Source: a virus
Taxonomy: Duplodnaviria > Caudoviricetes
Virus record (IMG/VR): IMGVR_UViG_2974556029_000001
Location: 1 to 64,000 of that record
DNA length: 64,000 bases
Reading direction: 5' to 3' (one strand)
Shown here: positions 36,038 through 45,875 of the stretch, one piece after another
Numbering within the stretch: the stretch's first letter is position 1
Layout of the letters: the number at the start of each line of letters is the position of its first letter
The notes under the pieces: model-generated
What the model was told of the DNA's origin: nothing
Databases searched by the model: none
The model's input: only the letters and a program-made list of their open reading frames with translations
Program-made: the position numbers and the translations under genes

Positions 36038-36754
36038 ATGAGCGAAAGACAGATGCAGCAGAACCTCAAGGACAGGGGTCTGTATACCGGCGTGATCGAC
36101 GGCGACGTCGGACCCGCATCCCTCCAGGGCCTGGCCGAGTACGTGACCGACGGCGCTGCGCCAGACGACATTGGCCGTCAGTTGGCCAAGTGGTTACCGA
36201 TCGGGAACATCGAAGGCCGAACCCTGGTCACCGCCTTCCTGGCGCACGCCGCCACCGAGAGCAAGCTCAGACCTATCGCCGAGAACCTGAACTACTCGGT
36301 CGACGGCCTGATCGAAAGCTTCGGCCGGCACCGGATCTCCATCGCCGAGGCCCAGAAGTATGGCCGCGCCCCCGGCCGCCCGGCGAACCAGGAGATGATC
36401 GCCAACATCGTCTACGGCGGCGAGTGGGGCCGGAAGAACCTGGGGAACACGCAGCCGGGCGACGGCTGGGAGCGCCGCGGCATGGGCATCATCCAGAACA
36501 CTGGTCGCGCCGCCCAGCGCGAGGCCGGCAAGCGGGTCGGGATGGACTTCGAAGCCAGGCCCGAGTTGCTGCTCACCTTGGAAGGCGCTGTCGCCGGCGC
36601 GGTGGGCTTCTGGATCTGGAAGGGCCTGAACGCCATCTGCATGCAGCCCGGCGACACGACAGAGGCCGAGACGCGCGCCATCAACGGCGGCTTCAATGGG
36701 CTGGAGGAGCGGCGTCGCAACAAGACCCGTCTCCGCCAGATCTGGCCGTACTGA
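36038..36754 (+). CDS. Endolysin (peptidoglycan-binding domain plus GH19)
   Basis: LYTGVIDGDVGP binding motif; ENLNYS...GNTQPGDGWERRGMGIIQNTGR GH19 motifs. Confidence 0.92.
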   Translation: MSERQMQQNLKDRGLYTGVIDGDVGPASLQGLAEYVTDGAAPDDIGRQLAKWLPIGNIEGRTLVTAFLAHAATESKLRPIAENLNYSVDGLIESFGRHRISIAEAQKYGRAPGRPANQEMIANIVYGGEWGRKNLGNTQPGDGWERRGMGIIQNTGRAAQREAGKRVGMDFEARPELLLTLEGAVAGAVGFWIWKGLNAICMQPGDTTEAETRAINGGFNGLEERRRNKTRLRQIWPY

Positions 36755-37233
36755 TGTTCGGGATCAAGACCATCGCCACCGGCCTGGCCGTTGGCGCTCT
36801 GCTGGGGGGCGGCGGGACGCTGGCCCTGGGCGGAGGAGCTCTCGCGATCTGGAACAAGACGCCTTTCTCGGCGACCCAGAAGCTCAAGAGCACCCGTGAG
36901 GACCTGGTGAAGGTCAAGGCAGATCTGGAGATCGCCCTGCAGGTTGCGGAGGATCGTCGGATCGCTATCGAGGCCAGAGACAAGCAGGCCCTCGAGGTTG
37001 CCAAGGCAGACGCCGGCGACGCATCAACAACCGCGGCTGCATGGGGCGCTCAGTGCTCCGCCGCTTTCAACGCCGGCGTCTCTGCCGGCCGGAGGATCTG
37101 CAATGCCTCGAGTCCTAATTCTGGCTCTGGCCAGCCTGCTGCTGGTGGGGTGCTCCCATCTTTCCGTTCCGAGTTTGAGGCTGAGCGCTACACCCCCGCC
37201 GCCAGTCGTGTGCCCGGCGCTGGTCAACGCTGA
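36754..37233 (+). CDS. i-spanin (Rz-like)
   Basis: N-terminal TM segment then coiled coil, after the endolysin. Confidence 0.75.
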   Translation: MFGIKTIATGLAVGALLGGGGTLALGGGALAIWNKTPFSATQKLKSTREDLVKVKADLEIALQVAEDRRIAIEARDKQALEVAKADAGDASTTAAAWGAQCSAAFNAGVSAGRRICNASSPNSGSGQPAAGGVLPSFRSEFEAERYTPAASRVPGAGQR

Positions 37234-37450
37234 GCCCCAGGCCGAGCCTCCTCCTCCGGACGGCTTCAACCAGGATCAGCTCGCTAAGGCGTTCTTCGAC
37301 GCCTTCGGTCAGGACCTGGGCCTGGCCGTCTGGAAGTGGTTCCGCGCCGACTGGCCTGCCTGGGCTCGCATGGAGGCGCGCGCCCACGAGTCGGCCTATG
37401 AGTTCTGCAAGGATCCGACGCGGGTTGGAAAGACGGCCAAGAAGCAGTAG
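37103..37450 (+). CDS. o-spanin (Rz1-like lipoprotein)
   Basis: MPRVLILALASLLLVGC lipobox, Pro-rich, overlaps the i-spanin in another frame. Confidence 0.8.
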   Translation: MPRVLILALASLLLVGCSHLSVPSLRLSATPPPPVVCPALVNAEPQAEPPPPDGFNQDQLAKAFFDAFGQDLGLAVWKWFRADWPAWARMEARAHESAYEFCKDPTRVGKTAKKQ

Positions 37451-37500
37451 TATCGCTTCAACGCCACGTTCCCCACCAGGTGATGCGGCAAACTGCGCAG

Positions 37501-37539
37501 CCCTCGGACCTTAGCTGGTCCGGGGGCGTTTCTTTTTTC
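37501..37539 (+). terminator. Rho-independent terminator after the lysis block
   Basis: CCCTCGGACC/GGTCCGGGGG stem followed by a T-rich tract. Confidence 0.7.
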
Positions 37540-37602
37540 AGCGCAACAGGGCAATCTGCGCACGCCGCGGCCAGCAGGCCGTTACATCAAGAGGAGGCCA
37601 AG

Positions 37603-37977
37603 ATGGCCAAGGTGCAACTCTCCCTGGCGGCCGCCGCGCTGGCCAGCCTGAAATGCTTCGCCTACGACAAGGCTTCCGGCCGCGAAGAGGAAGACGTCCT
37701 CACGATCGATCCCGGCGCCACCGAAGGCTTCGATCTCGAAAGCGACAAGTTCAACTATTCGGCCGCGCCGATCGGCGACGAGAACCCCAAGAAGGAAGGC
37801 AACGAGGCGGTCGTGACCGTCGAGGCCGACGAAGACAACGAGAAGGCCGTCGTCCTGAAGATCCGCGGCCCGGCCGGCGTGGCCCAGGAGTTCACCCTGA
37901 AGGGCGGCGACAAGCGCATCTTCAGCCTGTACGAGGGCCAGGTCCTCGACATGTCGGAAGGCGCGAGCATCGTCTGA
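37603..37977 (+). CDS. Acidic hypothetical protein (moron-like)
   Basis: GAGGAGG RBS; flanked by terminators. Confidence 0.75.
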   Translation: MAKVQLSLAAAALASLKCFAYDKASGREEEDVLTIDPGATEGFDLESDKFNYSAAPIGDENPKKEGNEAVVTVEADEDNEKAVVLKIRGPAGVAQEFTLKGGDKRIFSLYEGQVLDMSEGASIV

Positions 37978-38001
37978 TCTGGCCTAGGTCGCAGAAACAG
38001 G

Positions 38002-38037
38002 AAGGCCCCGGGGATTTCTCCTCGGGGCCTTTTTTTT
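38002..38037 (+). terminator. Strong Rho-independent terminator between convergent blocks
   Basis: AAGGCCCCGGGG/CCTCGGGGCCTT stem followed by a T run. Confidence 0.9.
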
Positions 38038-38090
38038 GTGATCCCGCTCGGCGCGGGCAGTTGCCTGCGTGAGGCGGGGGCCGGCGGCCC

Positions 38091-38243
38091 CTAGAGTTTT
38101 ATGAGGTTCCGGCGACTGGGCGGCCTGTTGGCCAGGTCGATCGGCGGACGTTTCTTCCGCAAGCGCTCGGACAAGGCCAGCCCGCCGGCGACGAAGAGCG
38201 CCAAGCCTATGAGCCAAAGCAATGCCGTGGTCGGGACGTCCAT
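38091..38243 (-). CDS. Small single-pass membrane protein
   Basis: [24 protein letters not shown]; AGGAG RBS. Confidence 0.55.
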   Translation of the reverse strand: MDVPTTALLWLIGLALFVAGGLALSERLRKKRPPIDLANRPPSRRNLIKL

Positions 38244-38274
38244 GGTTCGTCTCCTTCTGGTACCTGGTCGAAGT

Positions 38275-38877
38275 CTAGTCCGGATAGGCGACGTCGCCCA
38301 GCCGTCTGATCCGCGGGTCGAAATGCAGGAAGGGCGCGTCGTCGGGGATGCGGTGGACGCCGCGCGCCATCGGATGCTTCGGGGTGCCGCCGGACGTGAC
38401 GCCCAGGACATAGAAGGGCCGCGCGCCGCCGCGGAGGGCGTCCAGCATCCAATTCACGTGGATCCCGAACGTCAGGGCCACCTCGCCATAGGCCAGGACC
38501 CAGGCGTCGACCTTGGGCGCCAGGGCGATCATCATGTCGACGTTCGCCTTCAGCATCTCCTTGGCGCTCGAGTCCTTTATCAGGCCGACGTTCTTGCACC
38601 ATTCTCGGCACTCGGCGGCGTCGGCGGCGACGTAGGGCACCGAGTTGACGATGACGAAGCCGCCCCAGCGTCCGCTGCGCGCCGTGAACCACCAGACCCG
38701 GTTGAAGGTCATGTCGTTGCTGTCCTCGCCGGCCCAGGACGGATTGGCCATGGCCCAGCCCAAGATCGGCTTGTTCACGTCCCAGATGACGCTGAGGGTC
38801 AGGCGCCCCTTGCGGTCGTTGGTGAAGACCGCCTTGCGGACCGCGTCGCGCTTCGACGCTTCGAAAGCCGCGGTCAA
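38275..38877 (-). CDS. DUF1643-family protein
   Basis: WAMANPSWA...D.TFNRV...WGG...TSGGTPKHP. Confidence 0.8.
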   Translation of the reverse strand: MTAAFEASKRDAVRKAVFTNDRKGRLTLSVIWDVNKPILGWAMANPSWAGEDSNDMTFNRVWWFTARSGRWGGFVIVNSVPYVAADAAECREWCKNVGLIKDSSAKEMLKANVDMMIALAPKVDAWVLAYGEVALTFGIHVNWMLDALRGGARPFYVLGVTSGGTPKHPMARGVHRIPDDAPFLHFDPRIRRLGDVAYPD

Positions 38878-39386
38878 TCCTCGTCCTCCTCACCGTCGGC
38901 CGCTTCGGAGGTCCACGCCTTCTGCAGGGCTTCCGCCTCGGTCAAGACGCGCAGGATCTCCTCAGGCGGCATGAGGTCGGTGGCCTCGCTGACGATCAGC
39001 GCGGGCCCGCCCTCGGGCATTTCTTCGCCTTCCTCGAGGGTGACGGCCTCTGGGTCGACTGGGATGCGACCGCCGGGTTTCAGGTGTTCCGGGTTGTCCG
39101 TCACGCAGGCGGCATGAACCTCGCCCACGTCTTCGTATCGGACCACCAGCTGGCCGACTTTCACATGCTGGCCGCAAGGTTCGCAGCGGCCCAGGAAGAC
39201 GTCGCCGTCGATGGCGTCGCGCAGGCTACCCACCAGCGGGTTGAGGCGGGCGACCATAAGCGCGGCGATATCGTCCGGCGTCTTGGAGTTGCCGATCTCG
39301 CGCATGACGCCCTGGATCATCAGCGCGGCCGTGCTGCGCCAGTAGTGGATCTCGGCCTCAAGGGCCTCGTGGTCTCTGTCATCCAT
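38874..39386 (-). CDS. Hypothetical protein
   Basis: Overlapping operon gene; CEPC...HAAC possible Zn site. Confidence 0.6.
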   Translation of the reverse strand: MDDRDHEALEAEIHYWRSTAALMIQGVMREIGNSKTPDDIAALMVARLNPLVGSLRDAIDGDVFLGRCEPCGQHVKVGQLVVRYEDVGEVHAACVTDNPEHLKPGGRIPVDPEAVTLEEGEEMPEGGPALIVSEATDLMPPEEILRVLTEAEALQKAWTSEAADGEEDED

Positions 39387-39729
39387 GGGCTTCTCCTTTC
39401 GGGTTTGCGAGGCGCAGGAGCACCTCGACGTGGCAGTCTGGGTCGTCTTCGCGGCAGAAGCATCCCAGGTCCTTGCCTGGCAACTCCTCGCAGATCCGAC
39501 GGTACAGGGTGGGGTTGTCGCGCAGCACGTGCGTCTCGAACGAGCGCACGACGTCGGCCTTGACCTGAGGGCGGCTGGACCACTTGCCGGCGACCAGGTT
39601 GGTCACCGTGATGCCGGCCTTGGGGTCGTAGACGAAGGGGTTTCCGAACGGTCCTGGTCGGGTGCAGCGAACAGAGTTGGGCGGCATGCGCCAGCCCTTC
39701 ACCCGCTTTATCTGAAATCGTTTCGGCAT
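39379..39729 (-). CDS. DUF4326-family protein
   Basis: GWRMPPNSVRCTRPGPFGNPF...LPGKDLGCFC...CHVEVLL. Confidence 0.85.
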   Translation of the reverse strand: MPKRFQIKRVKGWRMPPNSVRCTRPGPFGNPFVYDPKAGITVTNLVAGKWSSRPQVKADVVRSFETHVLRDNPTLYRRICEELPGKDLGCFCREDDPDCHVEVLLRLANPKGEAHG

Positions 39730-39965
39730 AGGTCACCTGTGAAAATCAGAGGGCGGCCGTTCACCAGGGCGACGTCCATGTGCTGGAAGTCCAGGACCCG
39801 GTGCACGTGGTTGAAGGCCTGCTCGTCGGTGCGCAGGATGACGGCCCACCAGATCTCCTGGACGACCTGGCGCGGCAGGCGGGCGAAATAGCTGCGGATC
39901 CTGGTGAAGGAGAAGCCCTGTTCCTTCATGCGGCGCACGGTGCGGATGTTGTCCATCGTGATCAT
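39708..39965 (-). CDS. Hypothetical protein
   Basis: MITMDNIRTVRRMKEQG..., operon context. Confidence 0.5.
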   Translation of the reverse strand: MITMDNIRTVRRMKEQGFSFTRIRSYFARLPRQVVQEIWWAVILRTDEQAFNHVHRVLDFQHMDVALVNGRPLIFTGDLCRNDFR

Positions 39966-39967
39966 GG

Positions 39968-40234
39968 CTAGATCCCTGCGGCTCGATGCGTGGCCTGCTC
40001 GACGATCATGCGCCAAAGCAGATCTTCGAAGATCCAGCGCGATGGCGATTGCCCGGCGCCGGACTTGATGAAGGCGCGCCGGATCTCGCGACGTAGCCGC
40101 TTGAGAGACTTGTCGACCAGGCGGTAGTGCTTCGGGCAGATGATCTCGACGCCCGGCGGATAGCAGGTCGCGCCGCACTTGCAGCCGAACACGACGCAGG
40201 GGATGCGCGGATAGCGCCCGCTGACCCGGGTCAC
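39968..40234 (-). CDS. Small Cys-rich hypothetical protein
   Basis: CVVFGC...ICPKHY. Confidence 0.6.
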   Translation of the reverse strand: MTRVSGRYPRIPCVVFGCKCGATCYPPGVEIICPKHYRLVDKSLKRLRREIRRAFIKSGAGQSPSRWIFEDLLWRMIVEQATHRAAGI

Positions 40235-41034
40235 GCCGCTTCTCCGGCGCGCATCTCCTTCATGCGTTCGCGCGCCGCCGCGTCGCAGATCCTGTTGACG
40301 TAGCTGCGCGGGTCGCTCTTGCCCGTGTGGGCCTTCACGTGGCGCAGCAGGAGGACCAGGTTCATCTCGAGCACCAGGCTGCAGACTGAGTCCAGGACGC
40401 CCTTGTACTGCTCGACGACGGGCTGTTGTCGCCGGCGCGCGGCCGCGTTGGACTTGTGCGGAAAGCTGGAATAGCCGACCGGGAGACCGCCGGGCGCGGG
40501 GCTGCTCTTCGACCCCGGGACATGCGTCCGGATCTTGGCCAAGGCATTGATGCAGTCGCTCTGCACCATGACCTTCGCGCCCTTCTTGATGATGCCCTTG
40601 CGCCGGGCCTGAAACAGGGCATTGGCGATCGCCATGGCCTCGGCGATCTCAGCGCTGAGCGGACCGCTCTTGATCTGCCCCGAGATCAGCTCGCCCGCGC
40701 CGCCGCCAGTCTTGCACCATGCCGCATATCCAGCGGACCGATCCCGGTGGTCGTAGGAGGCGTCAGTGAAGATCGTCACCATGTCGGCCGTCTCTTCGGC
40801 GTGCTCCTCGCGCAGGGCCTTGAGCAGGCCCTCCATGCCCGTGCCGCCGATACGCGAGCCTTGGCGCATCCAGCGCCCCGTGGTGGGCCAGACATCGACC
40901 ACCAAGCCATGGACGCCCACCATGCGATAGTGAACGCCATTCGGGTTCAGCTTCTGCGCCCCGATATTCTCGTTGCGCCATGCGGCCAGGCTCGCCTCGA
41001 ACTCGGCCAGACGTCTGATCTGCGCCGGCCTCAC
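40231..41034 (-). CDS. RNase H-like protein with an N-terminal extension
   Basis: TIFTDAS...AEIAEAMAI...VQSDC...HVKAHT...NRICDAAA. Confidence 0.85.
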   Translation of the reverse strand: MRPAQIRRLAEFEASLAAWRNENIGAQKLNPNGVHYRMVGVHGLVVDVWPTTGRWMRQGSRIGGTGMEGLLKALREEHAEETADMVTIFTDASYDHRDRSAGYAAWCKTGGGAGELISGQIKSGPLSAEIAEAMAIANALFQARRKGIIKKGAKVMVQSDCINALAKIRTHVPGSKSSPAPGGLPVGYSSFPHKSNAAARRRQQPVVEQYKGVLDSVCSLVLEMNLVLLLRHVKAHTGKSDPRSYVNRICDAAARERMKEMRAGEAA

Positions 41035-41303
41035 GCTTCACCCTCCCAGAGAGCCTGAGTCCAGCGCTGGCTGTAACGGTCTAGAGCCACGACCTGGCTC
41101 TTTGGACCCTTGACCACCAGGATGCCCTTGTGGGCCCGCCCGGCGCCAGAAAGCTTCGGATCGAAGACGACGATCCCCTCAGCCGCCCATGCGTCCCAGG
41201 CCGCCAGATCGTCTTCATCGAGCTCGATGGTGCTCGTTTGCAGGCCGGTCTTCAGAGCCAGGGCACGGGCCGCCAGATCTATGGCGCGTTCTATATCGCT
41301 CAT
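41031..41303 (-). CDS. Hypothetical protein
   Basis: Overlapping operon gene. Confidence 0.6.
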   Translation of the reverse strand: MSDIERAIDLAARALALKTGLQTSTIELDEDDLAAWDAWAAEGIVVFDPKLSGAGRAHKGILVVKGPKSQVVALDRYSQRWTQALWEGEA

Positions 41304-41644
41304 GAGCGTATGCTCCTGTGAAGCACCAGGCCGGCATCGGCGACCATCGACATCGCGCCGATAGTTCGCCTGTGGATCGGCGTCACCGCGACGGTGATCC
41401 CCAAGAGCCAGACGCCGGCGATCGTGCGAACCAGGTCGATGATGCCCATCTTGGGCAGGCGGCTCGTGTCGGCGCGCTGACCGGCCTCCAGGGCGAGAAG
41501 GCGCTCGAGCATCTCCAACTCGGCGATCAGGCCGGTGGCCTCGAGTCGGAGCTCGCGTTCGTCGTCGGCGTCCAGGGCGGCCGCCAGCGACTTGCGCATG
41601 CCCGGAACCAGGTTCAGGGCGGAGGTGAGATAGGGCGTGTTCAT
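41300..41644 (-). CDS. Hypothetical protein
   Basis: MNTPYLTSALNL..., ATG overlapping the exonuclease stop. Confidence 0.55.
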   Translation of the reverse strand: MNTPYLTSALNLVPGMRKSLAAALDADDERELRLEATGLIAELEMLERLLALEAGQRADTSRLPKMGIIDLVRTIAGVWLLGITVAVTPIHRRTIGAMSMVADAGLVLHRSIRS

Positions 41645-42372
41645 CTGCGACCGGCTCCTCTGCGATCCATCTCCTGGCGACAGTTCCATTTCGTGTCGTC
41701 GTCCAGGTCCGACTTGAAGACGATCCAGGATAGGTAGTCGTAGGGGACCTCGGCCAGCTTCTGGCCCTTGTGCTTGCCGAAGTTGAAGACGGACAGCAGC
41801 GGAGGCTCGGTGGTCCACTGGAGCATCTCGGCGACCGTGGCGTGTTGCAGAAGCGCCGACAGGATGTGGGCGGTCACGTAGGCGTCCGGCGCCGCGCGGT
41901 GCGGTGGCATGCCCTCCTCGCCGAGCGGATCGAAGAAGCCGTCAGCCTCGAACAGGTAGCGCAGGAAGCTGTTGTTGTGCTTCCGCAGCGTCGGGTGCGT
42001 CCGGCGCGCCACCTTGAAGGTGCAGATCCATGGGATCTCGCGACAGATATCGGGCGTGAGCCATTGCTGCTCGAACTGCGCGTGGTGCGCCACCAGGTAG
42101 TTCGGCGGCCGCCCGTCGATCATCAAGAAGTCGCGGATATGGTGAGTATCGCACACCGGCTTGCCGGAGAGTTCGGCGTCCGTGATGTGGTGGACGGCGC
42201 GCGCTTCGATCTTGTTGCCGCGCGGCGGGGAGAAAAGGGCGGAGCGCTTGGGCGTGATGAAGACGTCTCCGTCGTCGGCCAGCTGCAGGTCGCACCAGCC
42301 GATCTCGATGATGTCGCCGTCCGCCGGCGTCTCGTCGGTCGTTTCAAGATCGACGACGCGGAAAACTCTCAT
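41641..42372 (-). CDS. DEDDh 3'-5' exonuclease (ExoX-like) with DUF3820-like C-terminus
   Basis: VVDLETT...VAHHAQFE...HRAAPDAYVT; FNFGKHKGQKLAEVPYDYLSW. Confidence 0.9.
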   Translation of the reverse strand: MRVFRVVDLETTDETPADGDIIEIGWCDLQLADDGDVFITPKRSALFSPPRGNKIEARAVHHITDAELSGKPVCDTHHIRDFLMIDGRPPNYLVAHHAQFEQQWLTPDICREIPWICTFKVARRTHPTLRKHNNSFLRYLFEADGFFDPLGEEGMPPHRAAPDAYVTAHILSALLQHATVAEMLQWTTEPPLLSVFNFGKHKGQKLAEVPYDYLSWIVFKSDLDDDTKWNCRQEMDRRGAGRR

Positions 42373-42767
42373 GAGCAGATCCTCTTCCTGACGGCCTCGG
42401 CGGAGATCTTCATGATCACCGGGAGGCCAGATTGTCCCGCCAGGTAGGCGGCGTTCAGCTCGCGACACAGGCGGGCCGGGTTGATGGTCAGGGCGCCCCA
42501 GAACTCCCACTCGCCGACCTTGTGCTGCGAGGTCTTGGAGTAGAGGTGGTGGTCCGGGCAGAGCGGCGTGGTGCGCCAGTCGTGCGGCTTCTCGGACTTC
42601 CCCGTGATCGACAGGCCCTCCTCGGCCCAGGCCATGCGTAGGTGGGCGACGTGGACGCGCCGGTTGATCACGCCGTTTATCGCGCAGGCGATGCACGGAA
42701 GGCCGGCGATCCAGCCCTTGTAATCGCCGTCGACCTCGCGCGGCTGGCGCTGTCGCAGATCAGCCAT
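42369..42767 (-). CDS. DUF968-like HNH/Zn protein
   Basis: WIAGLPCIAC...VAHLR...TPLCPDHH. Confidence 0.75.
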   Translation of the reverse strand: MADLRQRQPREVDGDYKGWIAGLPCIACAINGVINRRVHVAHLRMAWAEEGLSITGKSEKPHDWRTTPLCPDHHLYSKTSQHKVGEWEFWGALTINPARLCRELNAAYLAGQSGLPVIMKISAEAVRKRICS

Positions 42768-44148
42768 CGCTCGGCCTGAAGTCGGCGAGCATGGAAGTCG
42801 CGCCGCGGAGCTGAAGGTTGTGGGCCGCGTTCAGAACCGCCTGGACTCCGGGAAGGCGCATCTGGACGGCCTGCTCCACCATGGGCAGGTTCTCCTTCCA
42901 GAAGTTCAGGACGTCGACCCGCTTGGGGTTGTCGAGGTGGTTCAGCATGATGCTCGACCACTGGTCAGGCGCGCAGCTGTCCTCCTTGCGCTTGACCATG
43001 ATCGTCATGGTCCTGGACTTCCAGCCGGCGGACAGATCTTCGTAGAGCATCTCCATGCGCGCCTTGTCCTCCGGCGCCAGATCCGACCAGCCGTAATCGA
43101 CCCCGCGCAGGACCTGGTAGGCGGCGTCGAGCTCTTGCTGGTTGGGAGCGCTGCGCATCAGGCGCTCCATGGCTTCGGTCGGGTGAGGATCTTCATGGGC
43201 CTCGACGTCGACAGCCGTGCCCACGATGTGGTCGACCAGATGGTCGTCCTGGTGGTGCTCCAAGGCCTGCGCCGGCGTGTAGTCGTCGTCGCCGAACAGG
43301 GCGCTGTCCGGAATGGCTTTCGCGCCGCTCTCCTCCTCAGGGTGAGGAAGGTAGGACTTGTCGTCGATCTCCAGGAGCGTTTCCAGTTCGACCGACTGGG
43401 GCAAGAACTTGATCAGGCGGCGCAGGGGGGCCTTGCGCGCCATTTCCCCGGGCCAGTCCTTCCCCGGCCCGTTGGTGGCCTTGTTGACCGCCGCGACCTT
43501 CTTCAGCTCCTTCGCGCCCATCATCTCGACCCAGGGCGTACCGCCGCCTGTCGGGTGGGCGTGGGCGAAGGCGCCGACGATCTTTCGGCCATCGTCACGG
43601 TCGAGCGGCGGGCGGAAACGAACGAAGGGGTTCGAACCCAGGTCGTAGTCCAGATATTCGATCGTGTCCTCGCCCTCGTAGATCACCTGCGAGTGGACGT
43701 TTTCGACCTGGCCGGCTCGATAGATCACGTCCAGGAAGCCCTGGTACATGATGATCAGGGTGGCGACCTTCGTGTTGTTGTTGCGGTCCTTGAACGGCAC
43801 GATCGCGGCACGCTTTCCGTCGGGGAGCAGGCCGACCCTGGCGCAGTCCATCACCGCTTCCAGGAACGATGCGCCGGTGCAGTTCACCAGGTCCGGACAG
43901 CGGATGAAGGCGCGCCTGCAGCCGGCCAGGAACAGGTCCTCGGGGACGCGCGACTGCTGGAGGAACGGGCGGATGTCGGCCATGCGGGCCTCGATCGCCT
44001 GCAGCATGGCGTCGATACGATCGCGCTGCTGCTGCGCTGGGCTCTTCCTCTCCAGGCCCGTGTTGGGAATGTTCGCCGGCAACTGGGCGGCCGACGGGTC
44101 TTTCATGGGGGCGGGCCGCGCCTTGGTCTTCGTCTTAGTCGTGGTCAT
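42760..44148 (-). CDS. recT: RecT-like single-strand annealing protein
   Basis: SFLEAVMDCARVGLLPD...AAIVPF...LIIMYQGF...EMARKAPLRRLIKFLP. Confidence 0.9.
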   Translation of the reverse strand: MTTTKTKTKARPAPMKDPSAAQLPANIPNTGLERKSPAQQQRDRIDAMLQAIEARMADIRPFLQQSRVPEDLFLAGCRRAFIRCPDLVNCTGASFLEAVMDCARVGLLPDGKRAAIVPFKDRNNNTKVATLIIMYQGFLDVIYRAGQVENVHSQVIYEGEDTIEYLDYDLGSNPFVRFRPPLDRDDGRKIVGAFAHAHPTGGGTPWVEMMGAKELKKVAAVNKATNGPGKDWPGEMARKAPLRRLIKFLPQSVELETLLEIDDKSYLPHPEEESGAKAIPDSALFGDDDYTPAQALEHHQDDHLVDHIVGTAVDVEAHEDPHPTEAMERLMRSAPNQQELDAAYQVLRGVDYGWSDLAPEDKARMEMLYEDLSAGWKSRTMTIMVKRKEDSCAPDQWSSIMLNHLDNPKRVDVLNFWKENLPMVEQAVQMRLPGVQAVLNAAHNLQLRGATSMLADFRPSDG

Positions 44149-44193
44149 GGTGGTCTCTCGATTGAAGGAAGGGAAAGGCGCGGCCGCGGCGTC

Positions 44194-45537
44194 TTAGGCG
44201 TCGTCGGGGCCCATGAAGAACGGCCAGTCAGACTCGTCCGGCGTGAACATCGGGTCCATCCGGATCCACATCTGCTCCAGGCCGAAGATCTCCCGGTAGT
44301 GCAGGTAGTGGCCCAGAGCGGTCTCGCGCCGCTCCACGCCGCGCGCGAACGCCTTCGAGTCTCGGGTCAGGCGCACCGGCTGCGCGGTGGGCGCGCCGTC
44401 GGTCTTGTAGAAGATCCAGACCCATTCCCAGGACTCGGGGCTGAAGACCTTCGAGACCAGTTCCATCTCGGCTTCGGTCGGCGGGCGGATGGACGTGATC
44501 GACGCCTGGGCCTCGTTGGCCAGATGGCGGCCGCGCCCATGGATCTCGCCCTTCTCGTCGGCCTCGAAGGTGAACCAGGCGCGCTGCGTGCCGGCCGGGC
44601 GCTGATCGTTGAGAAGCAGCTGGCCGCCGCTCACCGGAGCATCCGGATCCCAGGCATATTGGCCGTCCTCGCCGATGCCGACGAGCTGCTCCGAGCAGAC
44701 GTAGACCTTACCCTCGCTGACCAGGCGACGCGCCTGGCGCCTGCCCTCGTCATAGTGGGCGGCCTGGACGTCGTAGAAGCGAAGGGCGGCCTCGCGCAGC
44801 AGCGCCTTCTTGAAGTCGCGGCCTTGCCAATTGGAGAAGGACTTCAGGTCGATCGACGCCACCGGCTTCAGACGGTCGAACCTGGCCCGCTGACGCACGC
44901 CGTTCTCGTCGGTCCAGAAGACCGAGACTTCGGACAGGCCGACGCCGGTGAAGGCCTTGACCAGATCCGGGTGCTTGGTGGCCAGAGCGACCATCAGCTT
45001 GATCTTGTCGAAGTCTCCGGCGGAGAGCTCGACCTTCCCCTGCGATCGCCACTTGGCCAGGATGTCGTCGAAGATCTGGACATCCGGATCCAGTTCGCGA
45101 AGGCGCGCCATCAGCTCAGGCTTCAGACCCGAGGTCTTGCCGCCGATCTCGCGCAGCCTGGCCTTGGCCTGATCGGCCGTGCGGACCGCGTTCGGATAGT
45201 CGTCGATCACCGGCGCGACGCCGAAGCGCTTCTCCAAGGTGCCGGGCGGCTCCAGCAGGGCGCAGTGCAGGGCCGAGCCGAACCGGAGGGCGGGCGTGTC
45301 CTTCTCGTCCTTCACGCTGATCAGGTTGAAGGGCGAGTCCCAGTGCCAATCCGGCGGCGAGCTGTTGATCAGCTTGAAGGCCGAATAGCTGAGGGCCCAG
45401 TCGGTCAGGTAGTCGATTTCGGGCAGGCCGATATAGACCCCGTCCGGGTGCTCCATGACCGGCAGGGAGGCGCCGGCGATCGTGTAGACGCGGTGCCGAG
45501 CAAACTCGTCGGCCTGGCGGATGGCTTCAAGGTTCAT
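44194..45537 (-). CDS. RecE/exonuclease VIII-like PD-(D/E)XK nuclease
   Basis: FGSALHCALLEP...SEVSVFWTD...RARFDRL...IDLKS...YDVQAAHY; upstream of recT. Confidence 0.85.
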   Translation of the reverse strand: MNLEAIRQADEFARHRVYTIAGASLPVMEHPDGVYIGLPEIDYLTDWALSYSAFKLINSSPPDWHWDSPFNLISVKDEKDTPALRFGSALHCALLEPPGTLEKRFGVAPVIDDYPNAVRTADQAKARLREIGGKTSGLKPELMARLRELDPDVQIFDDILAKWRSQGKVELSAGDFDKIKLMVALATKHPDLVKAFTGVGLSEVSVFWTDENGVRQRARFDRLKPVASIDLKSFSNWQGRDFKKALLREAALRFYDVQAAHYDEGRRQARRLVSEGKVYVCSEQLVGIGEDGQYAWDPDAPVSGGQLLLNDQRPAGTQRAWFTFEADEKGEIHGRGRHLANEAQASITSIRPPTEAEMELVSKVFSPESWEWVWIFYKTDGAPTAQPVRLTRDSKAFARGVERRETALGHYLHYREIFGLEQMWIRMDPMFTPDESDWPFFMGPDDA

Positions 45538-45548
45538 GTCAGGGTCTC

Positions 45549-45782
45549 CTAGCGCTTCTTCTTCACGGCGACGGCCGCCGCGAGGTTCTTCTTGCCGCGG
45601 TGCACGGCGATGGCGACGGCGGCCTTGCCGAACTGCCGCTCAGACAGGGCGATCAGCAGGGCGATGCTGCTCCCCAGGATCGTCAGCTGATCGGGGGCCG
45701 CGTCGATCTTCAGAGCCGTGCTCAGGATCTTGTCGCAGGCGTCGCCGATGTCCCGGCTGACGATGGGGTCGTTCATGTTCAT
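45549..45782 (-). CDS. Hypothetical protein
   Basis: 77 aa, operon context. Confidence 0.55.
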   Translation of the reverse strand: MNMNDPIVSRDIGDACDKILSTALKIDAAPDQLTILGSSIALLIALSERQFGKAAVAIAVHRGKKNLAAAVAVKKKR

Positions 45783-45875
45783 CGGATTGTCCTATCCGGG
45801 GGGCGCGTCAGGTTCGGTCGTGGGGGCCGCCGCGTGGTGGGGGCGCGCGGCGGCCGGCGTTCTCCGCCCAGGCGC

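Noticed and set aside
42820-45552. 910 aa plus-strand ORF
   Set aside because: Antisense shadow of recT and the RecE-like gene; stop-poor reverse frames are expected at high GC3; no motifs
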